From contig NZ_CP046226.1 in the NCBI RefSeq assembly GCF_012562765.1, forward strand, positions 150,001-182,000: 32,000 nt of DNA. The letters run 5' to 3'. Both the position numbers and the translations under genes were made by a program. A model generated the notes under the pieces. It saw only the letters and a list, made by a program, of their open reading frames with translations, made no database searches and was not told the origin of the DNA. Origin of the DNA: Candidatus Saccharimonadota bacterium. GTDB taxonomy: Bacteria > Pseudomonadota > Gammaproteobacteria > Enterobacterales > Enterobacteriaceae. Positions 18,770 through 27,698 of this stretch are shown here, piece by piece (within the stretch, counting starts at the first letter, position 1; each line of letters begins with the position of its first letter).

Positions 18770-21622
18770 ATGGATAAAATATATAACCCTAAAGAATTTG
18801 AAAAAAAAATTTACTTTTATTGGGAAAATAATAATTATTTTAAATGTGTAATAGATAAATCTAAAAAAAATTTTTCTATTATGGTTCCTCCTCCAAATAT
18901 TACTGGTTCTTTACATATGGGACATGCATTACAATGTATTATAATTGATATAATAATACGTTATCAACGTATGTTAGGTAAAAATATTTTATGTCAAGTA
19001 GGTACAGATCATGCAGGAATAGCTATTCAAAGCATAATAGAAAAAAAAATATTTATAAAAAAAAATAAAAACGAACATAAAAATAATAAAAATATTTTTT
19101 TAAATGAAGCATGGAAATGGAAAAAAAAATATTGCGAAATAATATTTAGTCAAATGCGTAGACTAGGATTATCTGCAGATTGGAATCGTAAAAGATTCAC
19201 TATGGATAAAAATTTTTCTAAATCTGTACGAAATATTTTTATATCTCTTTATGAAGAAGGATTAATATATAAAAAAAAAAAATTAACTCACTGGGATTTA
19301 AAACTCCATACTGCGATTTCTGATTTAGAAGTAGAACATAAAAAAGTTAATGCTCATATTTGGTATATTCGTTATTCATTAGAAAATAACATGACAACAT
19401 TAACTGGTAAAAATTATTTAATTATTTCTACTACTAGACCAGAAACATTATTAGCTGATACAGCTATAGCTGTTAATCCATTAGATAAACGTTATTCAAA
19501 TTTAATAGGAAAATTTGCAATAGTACCATTAATTAATAGAAAAATACCTATTATTACAGATAATCATGCAGATATAAATAAAGGTACTGGATGTGTTAAA
19601 ATCAGTCCAGCACATGATTTTGATGATTATCAAGTAGCTTTAAGAAATAATTTACCTTTAATTAATATATTTAATACTTATGGTAATATTTTACAAAAAT
19701 ATCAAATTTATAATATTAATGGTAAAAAAACAACAATATATCCTAATAAAATACCTAATATATTTCACAATTTATATTATACAGAAGCAAGAAAAATTAT
19801 CATTAATATGATTAAAAATAATGGTTTTCTTGAAAAATATGAACAAAAATTAATATTAATACCATATAGTTCTCGCAGTAATACTATTATTCAACCTATA
19901 CTAACTAGTCAATGGTATTTAAATATAAAAAAATTAGCTAAACCAGCAATAAATGCAGTTAAAAAAAAAAAGATTATTTTTTTCCCTAAAAATTACGAAA
20001 ATATGTTCTATTCTTGGATGGAAAATATTCAAGATTGGTGTATATCTCGTCAATTATGGTGGGGTCATAAAATACCAATATGGTATGATATTAATAAAAA
20101 TATTTATATTGGAAAAAATGAACAGGAAATACGTAAAAAATATAATTTAAATAAAAATTTTTTTATAATACAAGATCAAAATGTTTTAGATACTTGGTTT
20201 TCATCAAGTTTATGGACTTTTATTACTTTAGATTGGCCTAATAATACACAAGAATTTTATATGTTTCATCCAACAAATGTTATTGTTAGTGGTTTTGATA
20301 TTATATTTTTTTGGATATCTAGAATGATCATGATGACAATGCATTTTGTAAAAAATAAAAATAATACGTCGCAAATACCATTTAAAAATATTTTAATGAC
20401 TGGATTAATTAGAGATGAAAAAGGAGAAAAAATGTCAAAATCAAAAGGAAATGTTATTGATCCCATTGATATTATTGATGGTATTTCATTTTCTAATTTA
20501 ATAAAAAAAAGACTTAATAATGTAACAGAAATAAAATATATAAAATTAATTAAAGATTATACAAAAAAACAATTTCCAGATGGAAGTAAAAGTTATGGAG
20601 CAGATTCTTTAAGATTTACATTAGCTGCTTTATCTTCTACTGGCAGAGATATATATTGGGATATGTCTCGCTTAGATGGTTATCGTAATTTTTGTAATAA
20701 AATTTGGAATGCTAGTATTTTTATATTAAAAAATATAAAATATGAATATATAAATAATAAAGAAAAATTATCTATACCTGATAAATGGATTATTAGTGAA
20801 TATAATTTAGTTATAAAATTATATTCAGATGCATTAAATAAATATCGTTTTGATCAAGCTACTAATATTTTATATAATTTTATATGGAATAAATTTTGTG
20901 ATTGGTATTTAGAATATGCAAAAATTATTTTTAAAGATAAAATTTATACTAAATATTTAGGAACATATTATACATTATATTATGTTTTTGAATCATTATT
21001 AAAACTTGCTCATCCTATTATTCCTTTTATAACAGAAATTATATGGCAAAAAATTAAAAATAATAAAAAAACATATAATAATAGTATTATGGTACAATCC
21101 TTTCCAATATTTAATAAAATAGAAATAGATAATAAAGCTACAAAATTTTTTAATATTTTTATTAAAATAATTACTATTGTTCGTAAAATAAAAATTGAAA
21201 TGTATATAAAAAATAATAAACAAATTAATCTGTATTTAAAAAATAAAAATAAAGAAATATTATTTTTTTTACAAAAAAATAATATTTTATTAAAAAATTT
21301 TTTAAATATTGATAAAATTTTTTTTATATCACAGGAAGAATTATTTCCTAAAATATCATTTATAAAAAAATTAAATGATGTAGAATTATCAGTTCCTATA
21401 AATAATAATTTAATTAATAAAAAGTATATTTTAATTAAAATTGAAAAAGAATTAAAAAATAATAAACAATTAATAGATTATTTGAATAAAAATATTCAAA
21501 ATAAAAAATTTTTTAAACATGCACCTAAAAATATTATTGAAAATAATATTAAAAAATTAAAAAAATGTCAAAATTTACAAATAGAATTAATTAAAAAACA
21601 AAAATTAATTTTAACATTATAA
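18770..21622 (+). CDS. valS: valine--tRNA ligase
   Basis: 950 aa. PPPNITGSLHMGHAL (HIGH), KMSKSKGN (KMSKS), WCISRQLWWGHKIP, and a C-terminal coiled-coil tail. Starts 36 bp after pepA, so holC is absent from its usual position between them. Confidence 0.97.
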   Translation: MDKIYNPKEFEKKIYFYWENNNYFKCVIDKSKKNFSIMVPPPNITGSLHMGHALQCIIIDIIIRYQRMLGKNILCQVGTDHAGIAIQSIIEKKIFIKKNKNEHKNNKNIFLNEAWKWKKKYCEIIFSQMRRLGLSADWNRKRFTMDKNFSKSVRNIFISLYEEGLIYKKKKLTHWDLKLHTAISDLEVEHKKVNAHIWYIRYSLENNMTTLTGKNYLIISTTRPETLLADTAIAVNPLDKRYSNLIGKFAIVPLINRKIPIITDNHADINKGTGCVKISPAHDFDDYQVALRNNLPLINIFNTYGNILQKYQIYNINGKKTTIYPNKIPNIFHNLYYTEARKIIINMIKNNGFLEKYEQKLILIPYSSRSNTIIQPILTSQWYLNIKKLAKPAINAVKKKKIIFFPKNYENMFYSWMENIQDWCISRQLWWGHKIPIWYDINKNIYIGKNEQEIRKKYNLNKNFFIIQDQNVLDTWFSSSLWTFITLDWPNNTQEFYMFHPTNVIVSGFDIIFFWISRMIMMTMHFVKNKNNTSQIPFKNILMTGLIRDEKGEKMSKSKGNVIDPIDIIDGISFSNLIKKRLNNVTEIKYIKLIKDYTKKQFPDGSKSYGADSLRFTLAALSSTGRDIYWDMSRLDGYRNFCNKIWNASIFILKNIKYEYINNKEKLSIPDKWIISEYNLVIKLYSDALNKYRFDQATNILYNFIWNKFCDWYLEYAKIIFKDKIYTKYLGTYYTLYYVFESLLKLAHPIIPFITEIIWQKIKNNKKTYNNSIMVQSFPIFNKIEIDNKATKFFNIFIKIITIVRKIKIEMYIKNNKQINLYLKNKNKEILFFLQKNNILLKNFLNIDKIFFISQEELFPKISFIKKLNDVELSVPINNNLINKKYILIKIEKELKNNKQLIDYLNKNIQNKKFFKHAPKNIIENNIKKLKKCQNLQIELIKKQKLILTL

Positions 21623-21664
21623 TATTAAAAAATTTAATTATTATATTTATGGATAATTATTATT

Positions 21665-22675
21665 ATGAATCAATTTTATAATCGTCATTTTTTAAAATTA
21701 TCAAATTTTTCTAAGAAAGATATTTATGAATTACTTAATATTTCTTTAAAAATTAAAGATGATAAAAATAAAAATAAAGAAATTAAAAAATTATATAATA
21801 AAAATATTGTCTTAATTTTTGAAAAAGAATCAACTAGAACGAGATGTTCTTTTGAAATAGCATGTTATGAACAAGAAGCTAAAATAACATATTTAAGCAA
21901 ATATAATAGTCATATAGGATATAAAGAATCAATTAAAGATACAGCTCGTATATTAGGTCAAATATATGATGGAATTTTATTCCGAGGAAAACATCAAAAA
22001 GATATAGAAATCTTAGCACAATATGCAGGAATTCCTGTCTGGAATGGTTTAACAAATGAATTTCATCCTATTCAAATATTATCAGATTTATTAACAATAA
22101 AAGAAAATTTAATAAATAAATCTTTAGATGAAATTATATTATCATATATAGGAGATATAAATAATAATATTGCTAATACTTTTTTAGAAGCAGCATTAAT
22201 TATTGGATTTAATTTAAATTTAATATCACCAAAAAAGTTATGGCCTAATAATAAATTATTTAATAATTTATTATTAAATAATAATAAAATTATTTTAACT
22301 GATAATATTGATGATGGTGTTAATGGTGCTGATTTTATTTATACTGATATTTGGTTATCAATGGGAGAATCTTCAAAATTATGGGAATCAAGAATTAATG
22401 ATTTACATAATTATCAAGTAAATAAGGAACTTATATTAAAAACTAAAAATAAAAATATAAAAATTATGCATTGTTTACCATCATTACATTTATATTATCA
22501 TTATAAAAAACTTTTTAATCAAACAATAATATCTAAATATAATTTATTTAATGGATTAGAAATTACAGATGAAATTTTTGAATCTGAAAATAGTATTATT
22601 TTTCAACAATCAGAAAATAAACTTCATATTATTAAAGCGATAATATTATCGACGTTATTAAAAAATAAATATTGA
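21665..22675 (+). CDS. argI: ornithine carbamoyltransferase
   Basis: 336 aa, collinear with E. coli ArgI/ArgF. FEKESTRTRCSFE (carbamoyl-phosphate site), WNGLTNEFHPIQ, DIWLSMGE, HCLPS. Confidence 0.94.
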   Translation: MNQFYNRHFLKLSNFSKKDIYELLNISLKIKDDKNKNKEIKKLYNKNIVLIFEKESTRTRCSFEIACYEQEAKITYLSKYNSHIGYKESIKDTARILGQIYDGILFRGKHQKDIEILAQYAGIPVWNGLTNEFHPIQILSDLLTIKENLINKSLDEIILSYIGDINNNIANTFLEAALIIGFNLNLISPKKLWPNNKLFNNLLLNNNKIILTDNIDDGVNGADFIYTDIWLSMGESSKLWESRINDLHNYQVNKELILKTKNKNIKIMHCLPSLHLYYHYKKLFNQTIISKYNLFNGLEITDEIFESENSIIFQQSENKLHIIKAIILSTLLKNKY

Positions 22676-22819
22676 ATTATATTCAAATTAATTATTTTAT
22701 AAAATTTTATATTTTTAATATATATTATGATAAATATATCATTTATAATATTTTAAAAAAAATTTTATTAAATATTAATTTAAAATAATAATAAATTTAT
22801 TTAAGAGTTTATTTTTTTT

Positions 22820-23224
22820 ATGAAAAATATCATTTATACTAAAAAAGCACCTATTCCTATAGGTTCTTATGTTCAAGGAATTGTATTTAATAACATTATT
22901 ATTACTTCAGGTCAAATACCTATTAATCCAATAAATAATAAAATTGATAGTAATAATATAGAAAAACAAACTGTGCAAGTATTAAAAAATATAAAATCTA
23001 TTATTGATAAAGCAAATTTTTCTATTAAAAATATAGTAAAAACTACAATATTTTTAATAAATTTAGATGATTTTAATATCATCAATAATATATATAAAAA
23101 TTTTTTTATTCAAAATAATGCTCATTTTCCAGCTAGAACTTGTGTAGAAGTATCTCGTTTACCACTAAATTCAAAAATTGAAATAGAAGCTATAGCAATG
23201 AAACTAAATAATAATTATTATTAA
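22820..23224 (+). CDS. ridA: 2-iminobutanoate/2-iminopropanoate deaminase RidA (YjgF family)
   Basis: 134 aa. KAPIPIGSYVQG, IITSGQIPINP, VKTTIFL..L.DF, FPARTCVEVSRLP...KIEIEAIA. Matches E. coli RidA end to end. Confidence 0.9.
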   Translation: MKNIIYTKKAPIPIGSYVQGIVFNNIIITSGQIPINPINNKIDSNNIEKQTVQVLKNIKSIIDKANFSIKNIVKTTIFLINLDDFNIINNIYKNFFIQNNAHFPARTCVEVSRLPLNSKIEIEAIAMKLNNNYY

Positions 23225-23238
23225 TAAGGAATATTTAT

Positions 23239-24285
23239 ATGATTTTTTTAATAAAATTAATATTTGTTTTTTTTATATTAAATTTACAAAATATATACTC
23301 ATATGCTAATACTAATAATACAATCTTTTTTTATAATTGGACAGAATATGTTCCTGATGGTTTATTAGAAGAATTTACTAAAGAAACTGGAATTAAAGTA
23401 ATTTATTCAACATATGAATCAAATGAAAGTATGTATGCAAAATTAAAAACTTATAAAAAAGATTCTTATGATCTTATTGTTCCTTCTACATATTTTATAG
23501 CTAAAATGAAAAATGAAGGAATGTTATTAAAAATAAATAAAAATAAATTAACAAATTTTATTAATTTAGATCCTAAATTTTTAAATAAATCTTTTGATCC
23601 TAATAATGATTATTCAATTCCATATATATGGGGATTTACAACTATAGCTATAAATAGTAATAACATAAATTCAAATAATATAAATAGTTGGGCTGATTTA
23701 TGGAATCCTAAATATAAAAATTCAATTTCTTTAATTGATGATGCTAGAGAAGTTTTTCAAGTTGCATTAATGAAATTAGGTTATTCAGGAAATGAAACTA
23801 ATTTAAATCATATTAAAGAAGCATTTCAAGAATTACAAAAATTAATACCTAATATTATTACATTTAATTCAGATAATCCTGGAATTCCTTTTATAGAAGG
23901 AGAAGCTAAGTTAGGTATGATATGGAATGGATCTGCATATGCATTAAAAAAATTAGGCATCCCTTTAAAAATTATTTGGCCTAAAGAAGGTGGTATTTTT
24001 TGGATGGATAGTTTTGCTATTCCTTCTAACGCAAAAAATGTAGAAGGAGCTTTAAAATTAATTAATTTTTTATTAAAAGCTAGAATATCAGCTCAAGTAG
24101 CAGAAATAACAGGATATTCAACACCAAATTTAGCAGCAAAAAAATTATTACCTAAAAATATAATTAATGATAATACATTATATCCAAATGATCAAATAAT
24201 TAAAAAAGGTGAATGGCAAAATGATATAGGAGACAATATTAATAAAGAATATGAATCTTACTTTCAAAAATTAAAAAATTCATAA
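23239..24285 (+). CDS. potD: spermidine/putrescine ABC transporter periplasmic substrate-binding protein PotD
   Basis: 348 aa with an N-terminal signal peptide (MIFLIKLIFVFFILNLQNIYSYA). Long near-identical blocks to E. coli PotD: FYNWTEYVP.GLLE.FTKETGIKVIYSTYESNE.MYAKLKTY, FDPNNDYSIPYIWG, WPKEGGIFWMDS.AIP.NAKN.EGALKLINFLL. No potA, potB or potC lies adjacent. Confidence 0.92.
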   Translation: MIFLIKLIFVFFILNLQNIYSYANTNNTIFFYNWTEYVPDGLLEEFTKETGIKVIYSTYESNESMYAKLKTYKKDSYDLIVPSTYFIAKMKNEGMLLKINKNKLTNFINLDPKFLNKSFDPNNDYSIPYIWGFTTIAINSNNINSNNINSWADLWNPKYKNSISLIDDAREVFQVALMKLGYSGNETNLNHIKEAFQELQKLIPNIITFNSDNPGIPFIEGEAKLGMIWNGSAYALKKLGIPLKIIWPKEGGIFWMDSFAIPSNAKNVEGALKLINFLLKARISAQVAEITGYSTPNLAAKKLLPKNIINDNTLYPNDQIIKKGEWQNDIGDNINKEYESYFQKLKNS

Positions 24286-24292
24286 AAATATT

Positions 24293-25255
24293 TTAACGAG
24301 AATTAATCTTATATTTAAAATAAATATTTATACATTTTTCACTACAACAATTATGATATTTATCCTTACACGAAGAACATTGAATAAATAATAAATGACA
24401 AAAATTATTTTTACAATTTGTATAAATATCATAATAATTATTACATTGATAACAATGTGAAATAATATCTTTAGTTACTAATTCACTCATTCTATTATCA
24501 AAAACAAAATTTTTTCCTTTAAATTTTATAGGTAAATTATTTTTTTTAGCATCATTAATATAACCTATAATTCCGCCTTTAATATGAAAAATATTTTTAA
24601 AATTATTATATATTAACCAAGAAGTAGCTTTTTCACAACGAATACCACCTGTACAATATAAAATAATATTTTTATTTTTATATTGTTGTAAATTATATAA
24701 TAATGTTGACATTTGTTCTCTAAAATTATTTGCTGGTCTAAATATAATAGCATTATTAAAATGACCTATTTTATATTCATAATAATTTCTTATATCTATA
24801 ATAACAGTATTATTACAATCTATCATTTTATTTACTTGATAAGCATTTAAATATTTACCTACAATTATAAATTGTAAGAAATTAAAATTTTTTATACCAT
24901 CATTTATGATATTTTTTTTATTTATAACTCTTAAAACCCAAAATGCATTTTTTTTATTTTCTATTGCCGAATTTATGTATAAATTTTTTAATTGTGGATG
25001 TAATTTATATAAAAAAAATTTCATTATTTCATAAAAATAATTAGGTATACTAATTTGTGCATTTATTCCTTCATAAGAAATATATATTCTTCCAAAAATA
25101 TTTATAGTATTAAATAAAATATAAATATTATTACGAAATTCTAATGGATCATTAATAAAAAAATATTTATAAAAAGATATAATTTTTCTTTCTTCATTAT
25201 TTTTAAATATAATTTTTCTTAATTTAGAATTAGATTCTCTATTATGTAATAACAT
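24293..25255 (-). CDS. trhO: rhodanese-domain tRNA uridine(34) hydroxylase TrhO (YceA)
   Basis: 320 aa, collinear with E. coli YceA. ISFYKYF, FGRIYISYEGINAQISIP, DIRNYYEYKIGHF.NA, YCTGGIRCEKA (rhodanese active-site loop), and the C-terminal Cys cluster HCYQC...CKNNFCHLLFIQCSSC. Confidence 0.9.
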   Translation of the reverse strand: MLLHNRESNSKLRKIIFKNNEERKIISFYKYFFINDPLEFRNNIYILFNTINIFGRIYISYEGINAQISIPNYFYEIMKFFLYKLHPQLKNLYINSAIENKKNAFWVLRVINKKNIINDGIKNFNFLQFIIVGKYLNAYQVNKMIDCNNTVIIDIRNYYEYKIGHFNNAIIFRPANNFREQMSTLLYNLQQYKNKNIILYCTGGIRCEKATSWLIYNNFKNIFHIKGGIIGYINDAKKNNLPIKFKGKNFVFDNRMSELVTKDIISHCYQCNNYYDIYTNCKNNFCHLLFIQCSSCKDKYHNCCSEKCINIYFKYKINSR

Positions 25256-25275
25256 AAAAATTCCTTAATAATTCA

Positions 25276-25359
25276 TTACCGAAGATCGGATTTGAACCGA
25301 TATATCATAAATGATAGTTGATTTTGAATCAACTGCGTTTACCTATTTCGCCACTTCGG
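25276..25359 (-). tRNA. leuX: tRNA-Leu (anticodon CAA), class II with long variable arm
   Basis: I folded the reverse complement by hand: acceptor ACCGAAG/CTTCGGT; D arm GCG-AAATAGGTAAA-CGC; anticodon stem GTTGA/TCAAC with loop TTCAAAA; 5-bp variable stem TATCA/TGATA; T arm ATCGG-TTCAAAT-CCGAT; discriminator A. It is near-identical to my recollection of E. coli leuX through the D and anticodon arms. The 3' CCA is not encoded. Confidence 0.9.
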
Positions 25360-25455
25360 TAAAATAATTCTTCATATATTAATTTATTTTAACATAAAAT
25401 TATCTATTAATATTTATTTAAATTATATAAAACTTAAATATTTTTTATAATTTTC

Positions 25456-25485
25456 TTGACAAAAACATATTTTTAATAATAAAAT
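25456..25485 (+). promoter_or_regulatory. candidate sigma-70 promoter for tRNA-Asn
   Basis: A perfect TTGACA (25456-25461) is rare in this composition. It is followed after 18 bp by TAAAAT (25480-25485), about 17 nt upstream of the tRNA 5' end. The -10 choice is ambiguous in AT-only sequence. Confidence 0.3.
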
Positions 25486-25502
25486 TATTTTAATTATGAT
25501 AT

Positions 25503-25578
25503 TCCTCTGTAGTTCAGTTGGTAGAACGGCGGACTGTTAATCCGTATGTCACTGGTTCGAATCCAGTCAGGGGAGCCA
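25503..25578 (+). tRNA. asnT: tRNA-Asn (anticodon GUU)
   Basis: 76 nt, almost identical to E. coli tRNA-Asn as I recall it: TCCTCTGTAGTTCAGTTGGTAGAACGGCGGACTGTTAATCCGTATGTCACTGGTTCGAATCCAGTCAGGGGAGCCA. Anticodon loop CTGTTAA. The 3' CCA is encoded. There is one T4:G69 wobble in the acceptor stem. Confidence 0.95.
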
Positions 25579-25671
25579 ATAAAATAATATAATTATATTA
25601 TTTAAATCTTTTTAAATAAAAATATAATTTTTAATTTTAATAATTTTATATTTTTTCTTAGTTAATTTTTT

Positions 25672-26616
25672 ATGCATATAAATTTAAAAAAAATTCTTAA
25701 AATAGAAATTATTAATGAACTTTTATCTATAAAAGATATGATTCGTTGGTCAACTAGTTGTTTTAGTATATCTAATATATGGTATGGACATGGTACTAAT
25801 AATCCTTTAGATGAATCTATTCAATTAATATTACCTATATTAGGATTACCACCATATATATTAAATAATGTATGGGATGCAAAATTAACTTTACAAGAAC
25901 GTAAATTAATATTTAAATTAGTATCAAAAAGAATAAAAGATAGAATTCCTATAGTATATTTAACAAATAAAACTTGGTTTTGTGGTCATGAGTTATATAT
26001 TGATAGAAGAGTATTAATACCTAGATCACCAATATCTGAATTAATTAATAATAAATTTCAATTTAATGGATTAAAATTAAATTTTACTCCTAAAAATATA
26101 TTAGATTTATGTACTGGAAGTGGATGTATTGCTATTGCTTGTGCATATTTATTTCCTAAATCTTATATAGATGCTATAGATATTTCTTTAGATGCTATTA
26201 ATATTACTGAATTTAATATTAAATTACATAATTTAGAAAATCGTATTACTCCTATTCATAGTAATTTATTTGAAAAATTACATACTTCTTATTCTTATGA
26301 TTTAATAATAGCTAATCCTCCTTATGTTGATAAAAATGAATTAAATTTTTTACCTAAAGAATATTCATATGAACCACAAATAGGATTATTATCTGAAGAT
26401 AATGGATTAGATCTTATTAATAAAATTATAATAAATTCTTTTTTTTATCTTAAAAAAAATGGTATTTTAATTTGTGAAGTAGGAAATAAAATGAAATATA
26501 TTATAAAAAAATATCATTTTATAAATTTTCAATGGTTAAAAATAAGAAATGGTGGTATAGGAATATTTAAAATAGATCGAAATATAATAGAAAAGATAAG
26601 AATAATTCAGAGGTAA
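25672..26616 (+). CDS. prmB: 50S ribosomal protein L3 glutamine N5-methyltransferase PrmB (YfcB)
   Basis: 314 aa, collinear with E. coli Prm[84 protein letters not shown]. The prmB-aroC adjacency is the same as in E. coli. Confidence 0.92.
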   Translation: MHINLKKILKIEIINELLSIKDMIRWSTSCFSISNIWYGHGTNNPLDESIQLILPILGLPPYILNNVWDAKLTLQERKLIFKLVSKRIKDRIPIVYLTNKTWFCGHELYIDRRVLIPRSPISELINNKFQFNGLKLNFTPKNILDLCTGSGCIAIACAYLFPKSYIDAIDISLDAINITEFNIKLHNLENRITPIHSNLFEKLHTSYSYDLIIANPPYVDKNELNFLPKEYSYEPQIGLLSEDNGLDLINKIIINSFFYLKKNGILICEVGNKMKYIIKKYHFINFQWLKIRNGGIGIFKIDRNIIEKIRIIQR

Positions 26617-26621
26617 AATAT

Positions 26622-27698
26622 ATGTCAGGTAATAGTATTGGTACAATATTTCGTGTTACTACATATGGAGAATCTCATGGAATCTCTTTAGGATGTATTA
26701 TAGATGGAGTTCCACCAGGTTTTCCATTAAAAGAAAATGATTTACAAAAAGATTTAGATAGAAGAAGACCTGGAAATTCAAAATATACTTCTCCAAGAAG
26801 AGAATTAGATATAATTAAAATTATGTCTGGAACATTTAATGGTTTAACTACCGGAACAAGTGTTGGTCTTATGATTAAAAATATGGATCAGAGATCACAA
26901 GATTATAATAATATTAAAAATATTTTTCGTCCTGGACATGCTGATTATACATATAAAAAAAAATATGGTATACGAGATTATAGAGGTGGAGGACGTTCTT
27001 CTGCTAGAGAAACAACTATGCGTGTTGCTGCTGGAGCTATTGCAAAAAAATATTTATTTATGAAATTTAATACTAAAATTAGAGGTTATTTATCACAAAT
27101 GGGAAATATTGTTTGTGATTTTGAAAATTGGTCAGAAGTAAATAATAATCCTTTTTTTTGTCCTAATATTAATCAAATACAAAATTTAAAAAATATGATA
27201 AATCATTTAAAAAAAACAGGTGATTCTATAGGTGCTAAAATTACTATTATTATAGAAAATGTACCTGTAGGATTAGGTGAACCAGTTTTTGATAAATTAG
27301 ATGCAGATTTAGCTCATTCTTTAATGAGTATAAATGCTGTTAAAGGTGTAGAAATAGGTGATGGATTTAAATCTATAACTACATTAGGTAGTCATTATCG
27401 TGATGAAATTAGAGCTAATGGATTTCAAAGTAATCATTCTGGTGGAATTTTAGGAGGTATTAGTACAGGACAAAATATTATTATTAATTTTGCTATGAAA
27501 CCTACTTCTAGTATTTCTATTTTAGGGAAAACAATAGACATTAATAATAATGAAGTTCAATGTACAACACAAGGAAGACATGATCCCTGTGTTGGTATAA
27601 GAGCTGTTCCTATAGGAGAAGCAATGGTAGCAATAACATTATTAGATCATTTATTAAGATATCGTGCACAATGTTCAGACGTTTTTTTAAAAGATTAA
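26622..27698 (+). CDS. aroC: chorismate synthase
   Basis: 358 aa. [79 protein letters not shown] within the end of prmB. Confidence 0.96.
   Translation: MSGNSIGTIFRVTTYGESHGISLGCIIDGVPPGFPLKENDLQKDLDRRRPGNSKYTSPRRELDIIKIMSGTFNGLTTGTSVGLMIKNMDQRSQDYNNIKNIFRPGHADYTYKKKYGIRDYRGGGRSSARETTMRVAAGAIAKKYLFMKFNTKIRGYLSQMGNIVCDFENWSEVNNNPFFCPNINQIQNLKNMINHLKKTGDSIGAKITIIIENVPVGLGEPVFDKLDADLAHSLMSINAVKGVEIGDGFKSITTLGSHYRDEIRANGFQSNHSGGILGGISTGQNIIINFAMKPTSSISILGKTIDINNNEVQCTTQGRHDPCVGIRAVPIGEAMVAITLLDHLLRYRAQCSDVFLKD

Noticed and set aside
19953-20150. 65-aa ORF on the + strand inside valS
   Set aside because: It is an out-of-frame overlap with the strongly conserved valS reading frame (the WCISRQLWWGHKIP region). 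There is no independent support for it.
20266-20466. 66-aa ORF on the - strand inside valS
   Set aside because: It is antisense to the KMSKS region of valS and is a shadow ORF.
20999-21223. 74-aa ORF on the - strand inside valS
   Set aside because: It is antisense to the valS C-terminal domain, and its product is an F/I/N/Y-rich composition artefact.
23650-23688. Apparent tandem repeat INSNN-INSNN-INS in potD (15-nt units)
   Set aside because: The units match at only about 11 of 15 nt and use non-interconvertible Ser codons (AGT versus TCA). It replaces a variable loop of E. coli PotD. It looks like Asn-rich low complexity driven by AT bias rather than a functional repeat.
25583-25602. Perfect 20-bp AT-only palindrome AATAATATAATTATATTATT just after tRNA-Asn, considered as a terminator. 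Similar cases: AAAAATATTTTT in the ddl-ORF spacer, and TTTGATCAAA at 28319-28328.
   Set aside because: AT-only or very short palindromes are expected frequently at this composition, and none is followed directly by a T-run. I cannot distinguish them from chance without shuffled-sequence statistics.
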